IMG/VR virus record: IMGVR_UViG_3300037484_000235
Location: 1-64,000 of that record
DNA: 64,000 bases
Source: a virus
Taxonomy: Duplodnaviria > Caudoviricetes
Strand: one strand, 5' to 3'
Part shown: positions 1 to 8,851 of the stretch, piece by piece
Layout of the letters: every line of letters starts with the position of its first letter
Position numbering within the stretch: position 1 is the first letter of the stretch
Notes under the pieces: model-generated
Told to the model about the DNA's origin: nothing
Databases searched by the model: none
Seen by the model: only the letters and a program-made list of their open reading frames with translations
Program-made: the position numbers and the translations under genes

Positions 1-3
1 ACC

Positions 4-465
4 ATGTCCAAGCTCGATATAGCATTCAAGGCGCTACGCGCGCTCGGGTACATCGTTCGCAAGGATTTCAGCTGCTGCCAGGGCTGTGCTGGTGGCGAAA
101 TCGCCACTGAGATCGAGAACAAGATCGTGAAGGGCCGCGACGCCGGCAAGCCCTACAAGCTCCCCAAGGGCTTCATCTACTTCCACAAGCAGGACGGAGA
201 CGCCGTCCGAGACTACCGAAAGAACCCCAAGCGCTACGCCGGGCGCGTGCTCTACCTCCGCTTCGGTAGCATTCACACCGAGCGCTACGGTGAGGTCGGC
301 AACACGACCCAGAAGTGCGGATTCGACCTGTACAAGGCCCTTCGCGACGCAGGTGTCAACTCGGTTGAGTGGACCGGCAATCCGGAAGATACCGTCCAGG
401 TGCTCGTAGCCGACGCCTGTGATGACGTGGTGCGAGTCAACCTTTCATCTTACGGATCCCCATGA
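4..465 (+). CDS. DUF6891-like protein
   Basis: Motifs AFKAL..GYIVRKDFSCCQGC, GFIYFHKQD, LYLRFG and VEWTG match my recollection of DUF6891. Confidence 0.55.
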   Translation: MSKLDIAFKALRALGYIVRKDFSCCQGCAGGEIATEIENKIVKGRDAGKPYKLPKGFIYFHKQDGDAVRDYRKNPKRYAGRVLYLRFGSIHTERYGEVGNTTQKCGFDLYKALRDAGVNSVEWTGNPEDTVQVLVADACDDVVRVNLSSYGSP

Positions 466-836
466 TCAACACCCCGTGCTACTGCCTGGGCAGGTCCGTA
501 TTGCACCTCGCAACGCACGAGAGGGGATCTGAGTTCTGCGTACATGAGGTGCGTTTCGTCGCGGGCGAAGCCGGCGTTCAAGAGCTGCATGACGCGCCCG
601 TGTACAAGGCCGACCCTGCACGAATCCGACAGGCACTCGCCCTTCTCCAGGCCGTCGAGTTCATCGACACACAGCACGAACGCCTTCCCACGATTCGATA
701 CCGCAAGGGTGCCGTCGTGGTGGGGACAGAGGGGGCAGAGCACCTATCAAGCCGAGCACCCGGGGAAAGCCCGGTCTGGGCCCAGGACACCCTTGAGGAT
801 GCAATCCTCGCGCTTGCCAATCACTGTCGCTACTAG
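462..836 (+). CDS. hypothetical protein
   Basis: ATGA overlap with upstream gene. Confidence 0.65.
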   Translation: MINTPCYCLGRSVLHLATHERGSEFCVHEVRFVAGEAGVQELHDAPVYKADPARIRQALALLQAVEFIDTQHERLPTIRYRKGAVVVGTEGAEHLSSRAPGESPVWAQDTLEDAILALANHCRY

Positions 837-848
837 GGGAGACCTCAA

Positions 849-1055
849 ATGACTGACTGTGAACTCGTCGTGATGAAGCCGAATGGCCAAGAGGGGCAGA
901 CGACGCCCATCAAGCTGCATGAGGTCCCACTTCGGGGCGAAATCCTCAAAGTCGGCGGACACACATACATCGTCGATCGGCGACTCTGGGTCCTACTCGA
1001 TTTCTCTGTGCCTCCAATGGTGTGCCGTATCTTCCTCATCGACGCAGGCTACTGA
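849..1055 (+). CDS. hypothetical protein
   Basis: GGGAG upstream; tiles the operon. Confidence 0.65.
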   Translation: MTDCELVVMKPNGQEGQTTPIKLHEVPLRGEILKVGGHTYIVDRRLWVLLDFSVPPMVCRIFLIDAGY

Positions 1056-1059
1056 CCCG

Positions 1060-1314
1060 GTGACTGACGGTGGCCCCTATCGCCCGGTGCCTAAGGCCCC
1101 TGTGTGCCTCTACCCTCACTACGATGTGCGGGCAGCTACCTGGGGACGTGGCTTTCCCCGTGGGCTCTGGATGTGGAAGTGCGTGGGTTGTGGCCATGAG
1201 CAATCGTGGCTCGTGTGGAACGCTCGGTTCCTCAAACAGCAGTACGTTCGAGATGATCCCGAGTACCCAGGCAAGTACCGTCCAGGCCGCATTGGCGTAA
1301 GAGAGATACCATGA
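1060..1314 (+). CDS. small Cys-containing hypothetical protein
   Basis: GTG start within track ORF 883-1314; CxxC (CVGC); ATGA overlap with next gene. Confidence 0.5.
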   Translation: MTDGGPYRPVPKAPVCLYPHYDVRAATWGRGFPRGLWMWKCVGCGHEQSWLVWNARFLKQQYVRDDPEYPGKYRPGRIGVREIP

Positions 1315-1850
1315 GCCTTCCCAAGATTCGATACCTCCGCGATCCCCGCAATCCCAATCGGGTCATGACCCTCGTGACCGATCTCCGAGGCTCTAAGCTA
1401 TCCTGCGCATACGCAGTCAACACCCCACCCACCTGGAAGACAGAGCCCGGTCCGGTACCAGACTCGTACTTCACGTACCTCGTTCCAGGTGAGGTGTTCG
1501 ACCGTGAACAGGGTAAGAGGATCGCTCTCGGACGCCTCAGGAAGAAGCGGGCACATGATGCGCCATTCTCCCAGCGTCAGTCCCGTCGTTACGAGATGGA
1601 GTACTCGTCTTCAGAGAAGCCTATCATCACTGCTCTCACGCGCATTGCCGATGATCTGCGCACGGTCAACATTGTAGGCCGTCGAATCGCCAGACACGAA
1701 CTGGACCTGCTCCTTTGGGAGAAGGACATGCTTCTGTCGGGCTCACCTGTGCGTGACGGGAAGGAAGAGGGTCCCACCCATCCGACACAGCTCCCTGAGG
1801 GATCCAAGCCGAAGCTCACAAGGGTCCAGTCCTGTATGTGGAGCAGGTGA
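1311..1850 (+). CDS. hypothetical protein, paralog of 61769-62554
   Basis: Shares KIRY..D.RNP.RVMTLVT and FTYL.PGEVFDRE.GK.IALGRL with the distal copy. Confidence 0.8.
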   Translation: MSLPKIRYLRDPRNPNRVMTLVTDLRGSKLSCAYAVNTPPTWKTEPGPVPDSYFTYLVPGEVFDREQGKRIALGRLRKKRAHDAPFSQRQSRRYEMEYSSSEKPIITALTRIADDLRTVNIVGRRIARHELDLLLWEKDMLLSGSPVRDGKEEGPTHPTQLPEGSKPKLTRVQSCMWSR

Positions 1851-1951
1851 GAGTGAGTGCCTTGGCCCGTGCAAGACAGTAGAAGATCGTGGGGGCAAGT
1901 ACGGCCCGAAGTCCCGATCCTCGAAGAGGGAATCTTTCTGATTGACTTCTT

Positions 1952-1993
1952 GTTGCGTTGATCCAGTTGTGCGTTGATCGTTGTGCGTTGATC
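1952..1993. repeat. three tandem 14-bp repeats (GTTGTGCGTTGATC)
   Basis: Units at 1952 (variant), 1966 and 1980. Confidence 0.85.
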
Positions 1994-2010
1994 CCGATGT
2001 CTGTCACGTC

Positions 2011-2030
2011 CCGCGCGCGGCGCGCGCCGG
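2011..2030. repeat. overlapping GC-only palindromes
   Basis: CCGCGCGCGG at 2011-2020 and GGCGCGCGCC at 2019-2028. Confidence 0.8.
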
Positions 2031-2038
2031 ACCCCACA

Positions 2039-2071
2039 TCCCCAGAACCGCCTAAAAGTCGGTTCTGGGGA
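2039..2071. other. perfect 12-bp stem-loop
   Basis: TCCCCAGAACCG, 9-nt loop, CGGTTCTGGGGA; overlaps an alternative GGGGA-C-TCCCC at 2067-2077. Confidence 0.8.
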
Positions 2072-2168
2072 CTCCCCAATGTCGAAATTGCCATATTGAA
2101 CCCGTAACCAAAATGCGACCCCTGATTTCTTAATCGTTCTGGATACCTAGTTGTGGTAGAGTTTAGGT

Positions 2169-3041
2169 ATGACTCTGAGTGTGAATATCAAACGGGTCTT
2201 CCATGGGTGTGGGAACCTGGGTGGCCTCTACACGATCACATGCAGCGTGAGTGGTAGGTTCTACATTGGAAGCACCAGTCTATTCGAAAACAGGGTCAGG
2301 AGCCACTACTACGACTTGCGGAGAAATCGTCATGTTAACACCGCACTTCAATCAGACTTCAATCTCTATGGGGTCGATGCTTTTGTCTTTGAAGTTGTAA
2401 GGGTGATTCCGGATCCTGTGGCCCGAGCCAGGGCTGAAGAGAAGTGGATTCGGGAAATGTTTGGGGACGGTTGCTACAATGCCAGTTTTGCTTGTGGCCC
2501 TGTAATCTACACCCCTGAGATGCGCGCTAAAATGGCCGAAGCCCGTAAGGGAAAGAAACACTCTCCCGAGACACGATCCAGGATGCGAGAGTCTCGTCAA
2601 GCTCGAATCCCTCCGGAAACGGTTAAAAGGCTTGAGGATAAGCGACGGGCCATCGACGAGGCTGCAATCGAAAGAAGGATTGCGCAGAAGTTAGCTTGTA
2701 TTGAGCGTGAAGCCACAAGGTCCGCAGCTAAAGCTCTTGCCGAAGAGGCACGGCTGGCAGCCAAAGCGGAACGGGCAACCCTCCGAGAGACTGAGAGAGT
2801 AGCCAAGAGAGAACTCCGGCTACAGGCCCCACCAGCTTCCGGGTGGAAGCTTTCTTCGGACACAAGAGCCCGGATGAGCCTGGCCAAAAGTGGTGCACCC
2901 CGTGCTCCCTGGACGCCAGAGCGCAAGGCAGCTCGTAGTGCCCTCACCAAGGGCCGCCCAGCATCTGTACCAGCCGGTTGGAAACATACCCCTGAAACCC
3001 GTGCCAAGATGCGACATGCAATCTTACCCGAAAGAGTGTAA
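2169..3041 (+). CDS. GIY-YIG homing endonuclease with NUMOD3 repeats
   Basis: GLY-x10-FYIGST motif; repeated H(S/T)PETRxxM motifs. Confidence 0.85.
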   Translation: MTLSVNIKRVFHGCGNLGGLYTITCSVSGRFYIGSTSLFENRVRSHYYDLRRNRHVNTALQSDFNLYGVDAFVFEVVRVIPDPVARARAEEKWIREMFGDGCYNASFACGPVIYTPEMRAKMAEARKGKKHSPETRSRMRESRQARIPPETVKRLEDKRRAIDEAAIERRIAQKLACIEREATRSAAKALAEEARLAAKAERATLRETERVAKRELRLQAPPASGWKLSSDTRARMSLAKSGAPRAPWTPERKAARSALTKGRPASVPAGWKHTPETRAKMRHAILPERV

Positions 3042-3049
3042 GTCCCAGC

Positions 3050-3400
3050 ATGGCCAACCCAAACATCGAAGAGCAAGTCACAGCCGCAATCAAGTCCCGT
3101 ATCGCCGAGGTGATCGACCCGGCTATCATCCAGGCGCTTGCGGATGCGGAGATTGAACGGTTAATCAAGCCGGGTACCCGCTATGGGGCCCCCGAGCCGT
3201 CTCCCTTGGCGCAGTACGTTCACCGAGAGGTTTCGGAGCGGATTGCCGTGAAGGTCAAGGATGTGATTTCCTCTCCGGAGACTGAGGAGTTGATTTGCAA
3301 GATGGTGGCGGATCATCTTGCAGGTGAGAGTGGGGCTCCGGCCATTCGTGCGTGTGTCGCGGGCATGACTGAGGCATTTCTACGGAATGCAATGCGCTGA
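3050..3400 (+). CDS. hypothetical protein
   Basis: Tiles the operon; TGATG coupling with next gene. Confidence 0.65.
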   Translation: MANPNIEEQVTAAIKSRIAEVIDPAIIQALADAEIERLIKPGTRYGAPEPSPLAQYVHREVSERIAVKVKDVISSPETEELICKMVADHLAGESGAPAIRACVAGMTEAFLRNAMR

Positions 3401-3654
3401 TGTCTTTCAGGATTAAGCTGGATTCGGTGAATGCAACATGCACCACGAGCATCGCGCTGGGTCCGGTGCATACCACGCATCTCAGGGCTACCCCCGAGCA
3501 GCTAGCTGCTGCCTGGAACCGACCGCTAGCGGAGATTCGCAAGCGGATTACGCGCATGGGTCCAGAGCCAACACCCCGCAAGCTGGAGGCGTTCTGCCGG
3601 TGGCTACTGGCGGGCGGCATGCTTCACCCACCCACCGTGGCTTCCAACTATTGA
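3400..3654 (+). CDS. hypothetical protein
   Basis: Translationally coupled to upstream gene. Confidence 0.55.
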   Translation: MSFRIKLDSVNATCTTSIALGPVHTTHLRATPEQLAAAWNRPLAEIRKRITRMGPEPTPRKLEAFCRWLLAGGMLHPPTVASNY

Positions 3655-3738
3655 AATTTCCGGATTCAGTTTCCAAGATCAGAATCCACCCACAGTTTTC
3701 TCCCAGATTTTTCTGACCTCCATTTGGTAAAGGCCAGC

Positions 3739-4107
3739 ATGAGCACCCGTGACCCGCACTTCGAAAAGACCGTGGCCAGTGTCCGACCTCTGGAGGGTGG
3801 ACACATGCCGATCACACCTGAGCGCACGATGCTCTATGCCCTCACAACAATCTCTGGAAGTCTGGGGGATCGAACGCCTGCCATTTGCCGGAGCTTCGAA
3901 CGGGCAGAAGCCATTGTCCTACGCAACGAGGGGGACATCTGGGAGACGTGCTACTCGCTCTGCGTAGTGGAGAGCCTGCACCCGGACGAGCTGTACGGTT
4001 CACTCCGTGGTGAGCAGTACTGGTACGCCTGGGATTTGGCCAATGGGAAGTACGTACCGATTCACAAGCCCGAGGCGTACGAGGGCATCATCGGATTTTG
4101 CGAGTGA
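3739..4107 (+). CDS. phage-type hypothetical protein
   Basis: ATG at 3739; partial copy of both termini at 7747-7816. Confidence 0.7.
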   Translation: MSTRDPHFEKTVASVRPLEGGHMPITPERTMLYALTTISGSLGDRTPAICRSFERAEAIVLRNEGDIWETCYSLCVVESLHPDELYGSLRGEQYWYAWDLANGKYVPIHKPEAYEGIIGFCE

Positions 4108-4116
4108 GAGGTCAGC

Positions 4117-4356
4117 ATGATTACCAACGAAGAGTTCCTCCAACAGCAGGCAGAGTACCAGGCCGCCCGTGCAGTGGAGCGGGGTGAAGAGTTACTGCGG
4201 TTGGCCACCGAGCGCAGTGAGTGGCTGGCATTCGTGCGGGGAGAGAACCGCATCCAGATTGCAGCCATGCTGATCGCAAGTGGCAGACACAACGCAGGGG
4301 GCTTCAAGGCTGCATTTGCCGAGGCGGATGCCATCATCGAAGCGGGGAAATCTTGA
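4117..4356 (+). CDS. hypothetical protein
   Basis: GAGG upstream; tiles the operon. Confidence 0.65.
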   Translation: MITNEEFLQQQAEYQAARAVERGEELLRLATERSEWLAFVRGENRIQIAAMLIASGRHNAGGFKAAFAEADAIIEAGKS

Positions 4357-4940
4357 CCGGCGCACTCACGCAACGACTTCAGGAACTTCTCGACCAGAAG
4401 GACGTGGAGCTAGAAGAGATTCAAAAGAATCTCAACGAGAGCAACGAGGAACTCATCAGACTACGTGGGCTGGTAGCCACGCTCAAGGGTGGCTGGTGTG
4501 TTCCGAGCACTCGTCCGGGTACCGAGCACATGAGCCTGCCGGTGCCACGTCTGGAGGTGACGTGGCACCGGGTCCACGAGGACGGTGACTGGTCAGAATA
4601 CCGAGTCATTTATCAGCTCGTCACTAAGCACCTTCTCGGGCACCTCGTTTCGATCCCACTGGGGCTGACTACCTGCCAGAGCCTCATCCCGCGCTCCACT
4701 CCCCCATGGGATCCGGTTCCGCCCATTTTGGCAGCCCATTCGTATACCGGCCAGGAGATTCCAGGCCTATCGTGTGAGCTTCCTTTCCGCGATGGGGTGC
4801 ACATGCATCACGACGCAGGCCACCTTGGTCTTGAACTCTGGGCCGTACCCCCAGAAGGCGAGAGGCAGCCGTTCCGGCTCGACAACGAGCCACGGTATGA
4901 GCGTGCCTACCGCGACGGACAAGAGCATTGCCGCAAATGA
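4353..4940 (+). CDS. hypothetical protein with N-terminal coiled coil
   Basis: TTGA overlap start; heptad-like LQELLDQKDVELEEIQKNL. Confidence 0.6.
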   Translation: MTGALTQRLQELLDQKDVELEEIQKNLNESNEELIRLRGLVATLKGGWCVPSTRPGTEHMSLPVPRLEVTWHRVHEDGDWSEYRVIYQLVTKHLLGHLVSIPLGLTTCQSLIPRSTPPWDPVPPILAAHSYTGQEIPGLSCELPFRDGVHMHHDAGHLGLELWAVPPEGERQPFRLDNEPRYERAYRDGQEHCRK

Positions 4941-5236
4941 CGACCGTCACCAATGAGAAGCGGATTAGGGAAATCCACAAGTGGGGTCACGTGGATTGCG
5001 ACACCTGCGACCTCCTAGCCGAGATTACCTCTCTGCGTATCAAAGTCACGTTGCTCGAAGAGCGCCATACCCTCTTCGAGGAGTACACGCAAATGGCTAC
5101 CGAGGTGATTGCAGCGGCCGATGCCCTGAGAACATCGGGCCCCCACCCGCATTCAACATCATATGCTCAGCGTGCCGCTGAAAATCGTTACGACGTGATG
5201 CGTGCTGCACTCGCCCTTGCGGAGGACGCCGTATGA
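4937..5236 (+). CDS. hypothetical protein (VIAAAD/YD.xR helical family)
   Basis: ATGA overlap; EVIAAADALR...RYDVMRAAL. Confidence 0.65.
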   Translation: MTTVTNEKRIREIHKWGHVDCDTCDLLAEITSLRIKVTLLEERHTLFEEYTQMATEVIAAADALRTSGPHPHSTSYAQRAAENRYDVMRAALALAEDAV

Positions 5237-5282
5237 GGCCACTCACGATGACAGAGCATACTGATCCACGGGCATTCCGGAC

Positions 5283-6125
5283 GTGACTTCTCCGACTATC
5301 ATTCTTTCCCGTCGGTACTCAGACGATTCAAACACGATGCGCCGTGCGGCATTGGCTGAGGGTTGGGACGCCGTGCGCGTTCTGTCCTGGCTGCCACCTG
5401 AGGACATTGCCGAGCCCTTCATCTACGGGGAGACGATGTTCGCCGATGTCCTTGCCGAGGGCCTGGGCCTCGTGCTCTTGGAACCCGCCTGGGATTGGCT
5501 ACCGTCCCTGCCCGTTGAGTACCGATCGCGAGCTACTTGGCTCTCTACGCTGGGTGCAGCACGCACGCTGACGGACCGCGTCTTCGTGAAGCCCGTGGAC
5601 GAGAAGATTTTCCCGGCCCGTGTGTACTACGGTGGTGGCGATTTGCGAAATCCGCCGCAAGGTGATTTGCCGGATTCCACCCCCGTGCTGATTTCAGAGC
5701 CGGTGATTTTCGATTTGGAGGTTCGGGCCTTTGTCCTAGAGAACGAGGTACGGACGATGTCTGCATACCTGCGGAGTCCGGGAACGGTCGTCTTGAATGA
5801 CGAATGGGGCATGACTGACGAAGAGCGGGCAGCGGCCTCCGAGTTCCTGGCGGCCGTGCTCGCCCACGATGGGGCTGCCTCCGGTCCGGGGTTGCCTCCG
5901 GCCTGCGTGGTGGACGTGGGGCTCATCCGTGGACGTGGTTGGGCCGTGGTGGAGGCCAACCCCTGTTGGGCCTCTGGCCTCTACGGCTGTGACCCTCGGG
6001 AGGCGTTGCACACCGTCCGCCGGGCGAGTGTACCCCGTGAGCTTGATGGCGCACTCGGAGAAGGTGCTTGGTGGGGAAGGCATACCCCGCGCGCGTGTAA
6101 TCCTCTGGCATACTCCACGCGTTGA
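5283..6125 (+). CDS. ATP-grasp domain protein (DUF4343-like)
   Basis: FVKPVDEKIF, EVRAFV and VVDVG...WAVVEANPCWASGLYG motifs. Confidence 0.8.
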   Translation: MTSPTIILSRRYSDDSNTMRRAALAEGWDAVRVLSWLPPEDIAEPFIYGETMFADVLAEGLGLVLLEPAWDWLPSLPVEYRSRATWLSTLGAARTLTDRVFVKPVDEKIFPARVYYGGGDLRNPPQGDLPDSTPVLISEPVIFDLEVRAFVLENEVRTMSAYLRSPGTVVLNDEWGMTDEERAAASEFLAAVLAHDGAASGPGLPPACVVDVGLIRGRGWAVVEANPCWASGLYGCDPREALHTVRRASVPRELDGALGEGAWWGRHTPRACNPLAYSTR

Positions 6126-6559
6126 GATCAAGCGTAAGTGTGCAAAGTGCCATCCACAATCAGGACAGTATGAAACCACTCACAATGACCTTGGAGCAAG
6201 AGCAAACGGCTCGCACTGCGGATACCGGATGGGGTCCGGTAATTACCCATGCGCCGTCTGTGATAGACCGTCGGCTACTACTTGCCGAAGTGGACGCACT
6301 GCGCGAGTTGGTCGCTTTGCAGAGCAAGGCGATCGAGGCGGGTCACCTTGCAATTGAAGCCGGTCACCTCGCAGTACAGCAAATGGAGGTGGATCCTGAT
6401 GGTGAGAATCCTGCGAGTATCAGACTCCACCAAGACCACCTGAACAAGAGTCAGGTATTCAACTCAGCTCGCGTTACGCTGAGTCAGGTGTTCGACGCCG
6501 CCCACGCCACACTCGGTGTCCCAAGCCCATTTGGCAACGGGCAAGCGTCACCCCTCTAA
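6122..6559 (+). CDS. hypothetical protein with AIEAGHL duplication
   Basis: TTGA overlap; start may instead be ATG 6170. Confidence 0.6.
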   Translation: MRSSVSVQSAIHNQDSMKPLTMTLEQEQTARTADTGWGPVITHAPSVIDRRLLLAEVDALRELVALQSKAIEAGHLAIEAGHLAVQQMEVDPDGENPASIRLHQDHLNKSQVFNSARVTLSQVFDAAHATLGVPSPFGNGQASPL

Positions 6560-6567
6560 AGAGGCTC

Positions 6568-6831
6568 ATGAACAAGAGACAATGGGATACGGAACTTGCC
6601 AACAGCATACTCATCACTGAGATCACTTCGAGTGACGATCTCAAGCTTTACGCAGCGCCTCGCCGCCCTTCACTGAAACGGACGTGGGAGAAGTGGTGGA
6701 TTGTCGCCTTACTTCTCCTTGCCTCGTTCTTCTTTGAGGCCGGATTTGTTGCAGGGATGAAGTATCAAATCCGGCAGTCGGAGTCCAATAGGATTCGACC
6801 GGAACCCGGCTACACACATCGGAGCCTATGA
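6568..6831 (+). CDS. single-pass membrane protein
   Basis: Hydrophobic stretch WWIVALLLLASFFFEAGFVAGM. Confidence 0.65.
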   Translation: MNKRQWDTELANSILITEITSSDDLKLYAAPRRPSLKRTWEKWWIVALLLLASFFFEAGFVAGMKYQIRQSESNRIRPEPGYTHRSL

Positions 6832-7064
6832 CCCGTATGACGACCAGAATGACTATTATCATGGCTCTACGTGATGTGATCAACGCTGCTGATGACGTAC
6901 GTGATGCCTGCGAAGCACATACAGAACCGAAGTGGGAGGCGTATGACGCAGCGCGTTCCACGCTACAAATACTCCTACACCCTCTAGGGACTTGCGAGTG
7001 CTCTTCGCCTGGACTTAGTCCATGTGACTTCTGTGTTGAGCGTGCACAGGCAGGCGCACCATGA
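6828..7064 (+). CDS. hypothetical protein (helical family plus Cys tail)
   Basis: DVINAADDVR...AYDAAR; CEC...CDFC. Confidence 0.65.
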   Translation: MTRMTTRMTIIMALRDVINAADDVRDACEAHTEPKWEAYDAARSTLQILLHPLGTCECSSPGLSPCDFCVERAQAGAP

Positions 7065-7687
7065 CCATGGAGCCGATGACGGCGGAGAGGGAGGCTGAGA
7101 TCCGCCTCCTGGCAAGCAAGGCGACGGGCCATGTAGCGCCAGCACTCAAGGAGTGTCTCCAGGAGATAGACCTCATGCGCGCTGAGCCCTTGACGATGAT
7201 GGTGGAAGAAGAGGCGCTCCGCGCCCTGCTGTCGCGCGAAGGGGCTCCGAACGACCCACTCGCCCTCTCGGTGGGTTCTCTGCTCACTACCATCGACGCC
7301 TTGCGAGCCATTGTCTTGGGTCAGCGCAAGGTGATTGCAGCGGCGGATGCGATTCGCTTGATGTGCGGTGGCGACAGTGGCTACGCAATGGCGAACGGGA
7401 ATCACCGACTCGTCGCCTACGACGCCGCTCGCGCGACGGTTATCACGCCCGTCGAGCCGTTGACGTACTGGCTGATTGAATACCGGGAAGAAAACCGCAC
7501 GGTCGGGTTTCTCCGTGACCTGCGGCGCGGAGACGGCGGCTTCGATGTGTACTTGACGCGTGACCCGTCCAAGGCGCTGCGATTTGACGACGAGGTAGGA
7601 GCCAGACTCATCATCAACGACGAGGCGTTTGACCGCACAATACCGCACGCTGATCGGTTTTTCGTGGCCCCTCACTGCGGGAGTTGA
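7061..7687 (+). CDS. hypothetical protein (helical family)
   Basis: ATGA overlap; VIAAADAIR...AYDAAR. Confidence 0.7.
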   Translation: MTMEPMTAEREAEIRLLASKATGHVAPALKECLQEIDLMRAEPLTMMVEEEALRALLSREGAPNDPLALSVGSLLTTIDALRAIVLGQRKVIAAADAIRLMCGGDSGYAMANGNHRLVAYDAARATVITPVEPLTYWLIEYREENRTVGFLRDLRRGDGGFDVYLTRDPSKALRFDDEVGARLIINDEAFDRTIPHADRFFVAPHCGS

Positions 7688-7816
7688 TCGCAGCAGTGGG
7701 TGCCGACCTGGGGACGTAAGAAAATCAACTCTGTCGCATTCCGTCCAAGGACCCTGAGTTCGAAGAGACTCACCTTGGAAAGTGCCTACGAGGGCACCTA
7801 CGGATTTTGTGAGTGA
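7688..7816 (+). pseudogene. internally deleted remnant of a 3739-4107 paralog
   Basis: 7784-7816 matches 4075-4107 at 28/33 nt (AYEGTYGFCE* vs AYEGIIGFCE*); KDPEFEET at 7747 resembles RDPHFEKT in another frame. Confidence 0.5.
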
Positions 7817-7855
7817 ATCGTGTAATCCTATGTAACCCGCCCGTTAGCTAGGTGC
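7816..7855 (+). promoter_or_regulatory. bipartite promoter-like element
   Basis: AATCGTGTAA-N16-CGTTAGCTAGGTG, ATG at 7857. Confidence 0.8.
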
Positions 7856-7856
7856 A

Positions 7857-8057
7857 ATGACCAAGCATCGGACCCATCGAGTCACGAACTTCTACGTTCT
7901 GCTGACCCTTAAGGGCAGTGGATTCCGTACTGGGCTGCCATGTTTCGTGGAGGCACGTACGCGGCGCATTGCCATCAAGATAGCGAAGCGTGCGTCCCGA
8001 CAGGAGCCCGGACGCTGGGTGACCGAGATGGTAATGCGTTACACCGCTCCTGTGTGA
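7857..8057 (+). CDS. hypothetical protein
   Basis: Directly follows the element. Confidence 0.7.
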   Translation: MTKHRTHRVTNFYVLLTLKGSGFRTGLPCFVEARTRRIAIKIAKRASRQEPGRWVTEMVMRYTAPV

Positions 8058-8060
8058 ATC

Positions 8061-8291
8061 ATGCCCAAGCTCCCCTACCCTGGATGTAAATCTTCGACCC
8101 CCACCCACACCCGTGGCGGAGAACCCTGGACGTGTCGCTCGTGCGGGAAGGTGGCGTGTGCCCGGTGTGCGAAGTACTTCTGGCGTGGCCTTGCCGGGCA
8201 TGCGAAGCCCCAGGGTCAGGGATGGGTTCAGGTCGGGGAGCGTACGGGCACCTGTAGCAAGTGCCTTCGGGATTCGGCGCTCAAGGCGTAA
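8061..8291 (+). CDS. zinc-finger-like protein
   Basis: CRSC, CARC and CSKC pairs. Confidence 0.65.
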   Translation: MPKLPYPGCKSSTPTHTRGGEPWTCRSCGKVACARCAKYFWRGLAGHAKPQGQGWVQVGERTGTCSKCLRDSALKA

Positions 8292-8299
8292 GACCCACG

Positions 8300-8557
8300 A
8301 TGCACACCTGCGGTAAGCCGATGCCAATCCCTCCTTTCGACGCGAGCACCGTCACGCGAGAAGAGCTAGTCGCGTGGGTGGTCTACTGGTGGCCGAGCGG
8401 GAGTGGGCCGCTGGGCATGATGCAAATCATCGTGGCGATGCACGTTCAAATCGCAGAGCTTCGGGGATTTGCCCGTATCACACTTGCTGACGTGGAAGCG
8501 CTCTCCCATGCGGATGCCCTGGCCTACCTACAAAAGAAAGAGCTTGTCTCCCCATGA
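8300..8557 (+). CDS. hypothetical protein
   Basis: ATG at 8300; ATGA overlap with next gene. Confidence 0.55.
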   Translation: MHTCGKPMPIPPFDASTVTREELVAWVVYWWPSGSGPLGMMQIIVAMHVQIAELRGFARITLADVEALSHADALAYLQKKELVSP

Positions 8558-8847
8558 CGATTTACTACCACACGAAGTACGCGCTCACACAGGGGATTGT
8601 GGAGGTTCCGGAGACGGTCCGCACTGAGGTGAAGCCTGTTCCCGACGAGAGTGGTCGGAGCTACCTCTACATCTGGACCCAAGGGGGGTGGGGATACATG
8701 CAGCAGATTTCGCCGGGGGAGTGGTTCACGTCCCTGACGGAAGCCCAGAAGCATGCAGAGCACTTGCGAGCGAAGAAGATTGCTTCGGTCAACAAGCAAC
8801 TCACCAAGCTTCGGACCCAGGTCATTCGTCTTGTCGTGATTGGGTAG
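8554..8847 (+). CDS. phage-type hypothetical protein
   Basis: TKYALTQGI...EAQKHAE..R.KKIAS. Confidence 0.7.
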   Translation: MTIYYHTKYALTQGIVEVPETVRTEVKPVPDESGRSYLYIWTQGGWGYMQQISPGEWFTSLTEAQKHAEHLRAKKIASVNKQLTKLRTQVIRLVVIG

Positions 8848-8851
8848 AGCC

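Noticed and set aside
6091-6125. GCGCGTGTAATC as another promoter element
   Set aside because: The first box is degenerate and the spacer to CGTTG is 19 nt, outside the 15-17 range.
6641-7675. 344-aa antisense ORF
   Set aside because: Shadow of three well-coupled + strand genes; no motifs.
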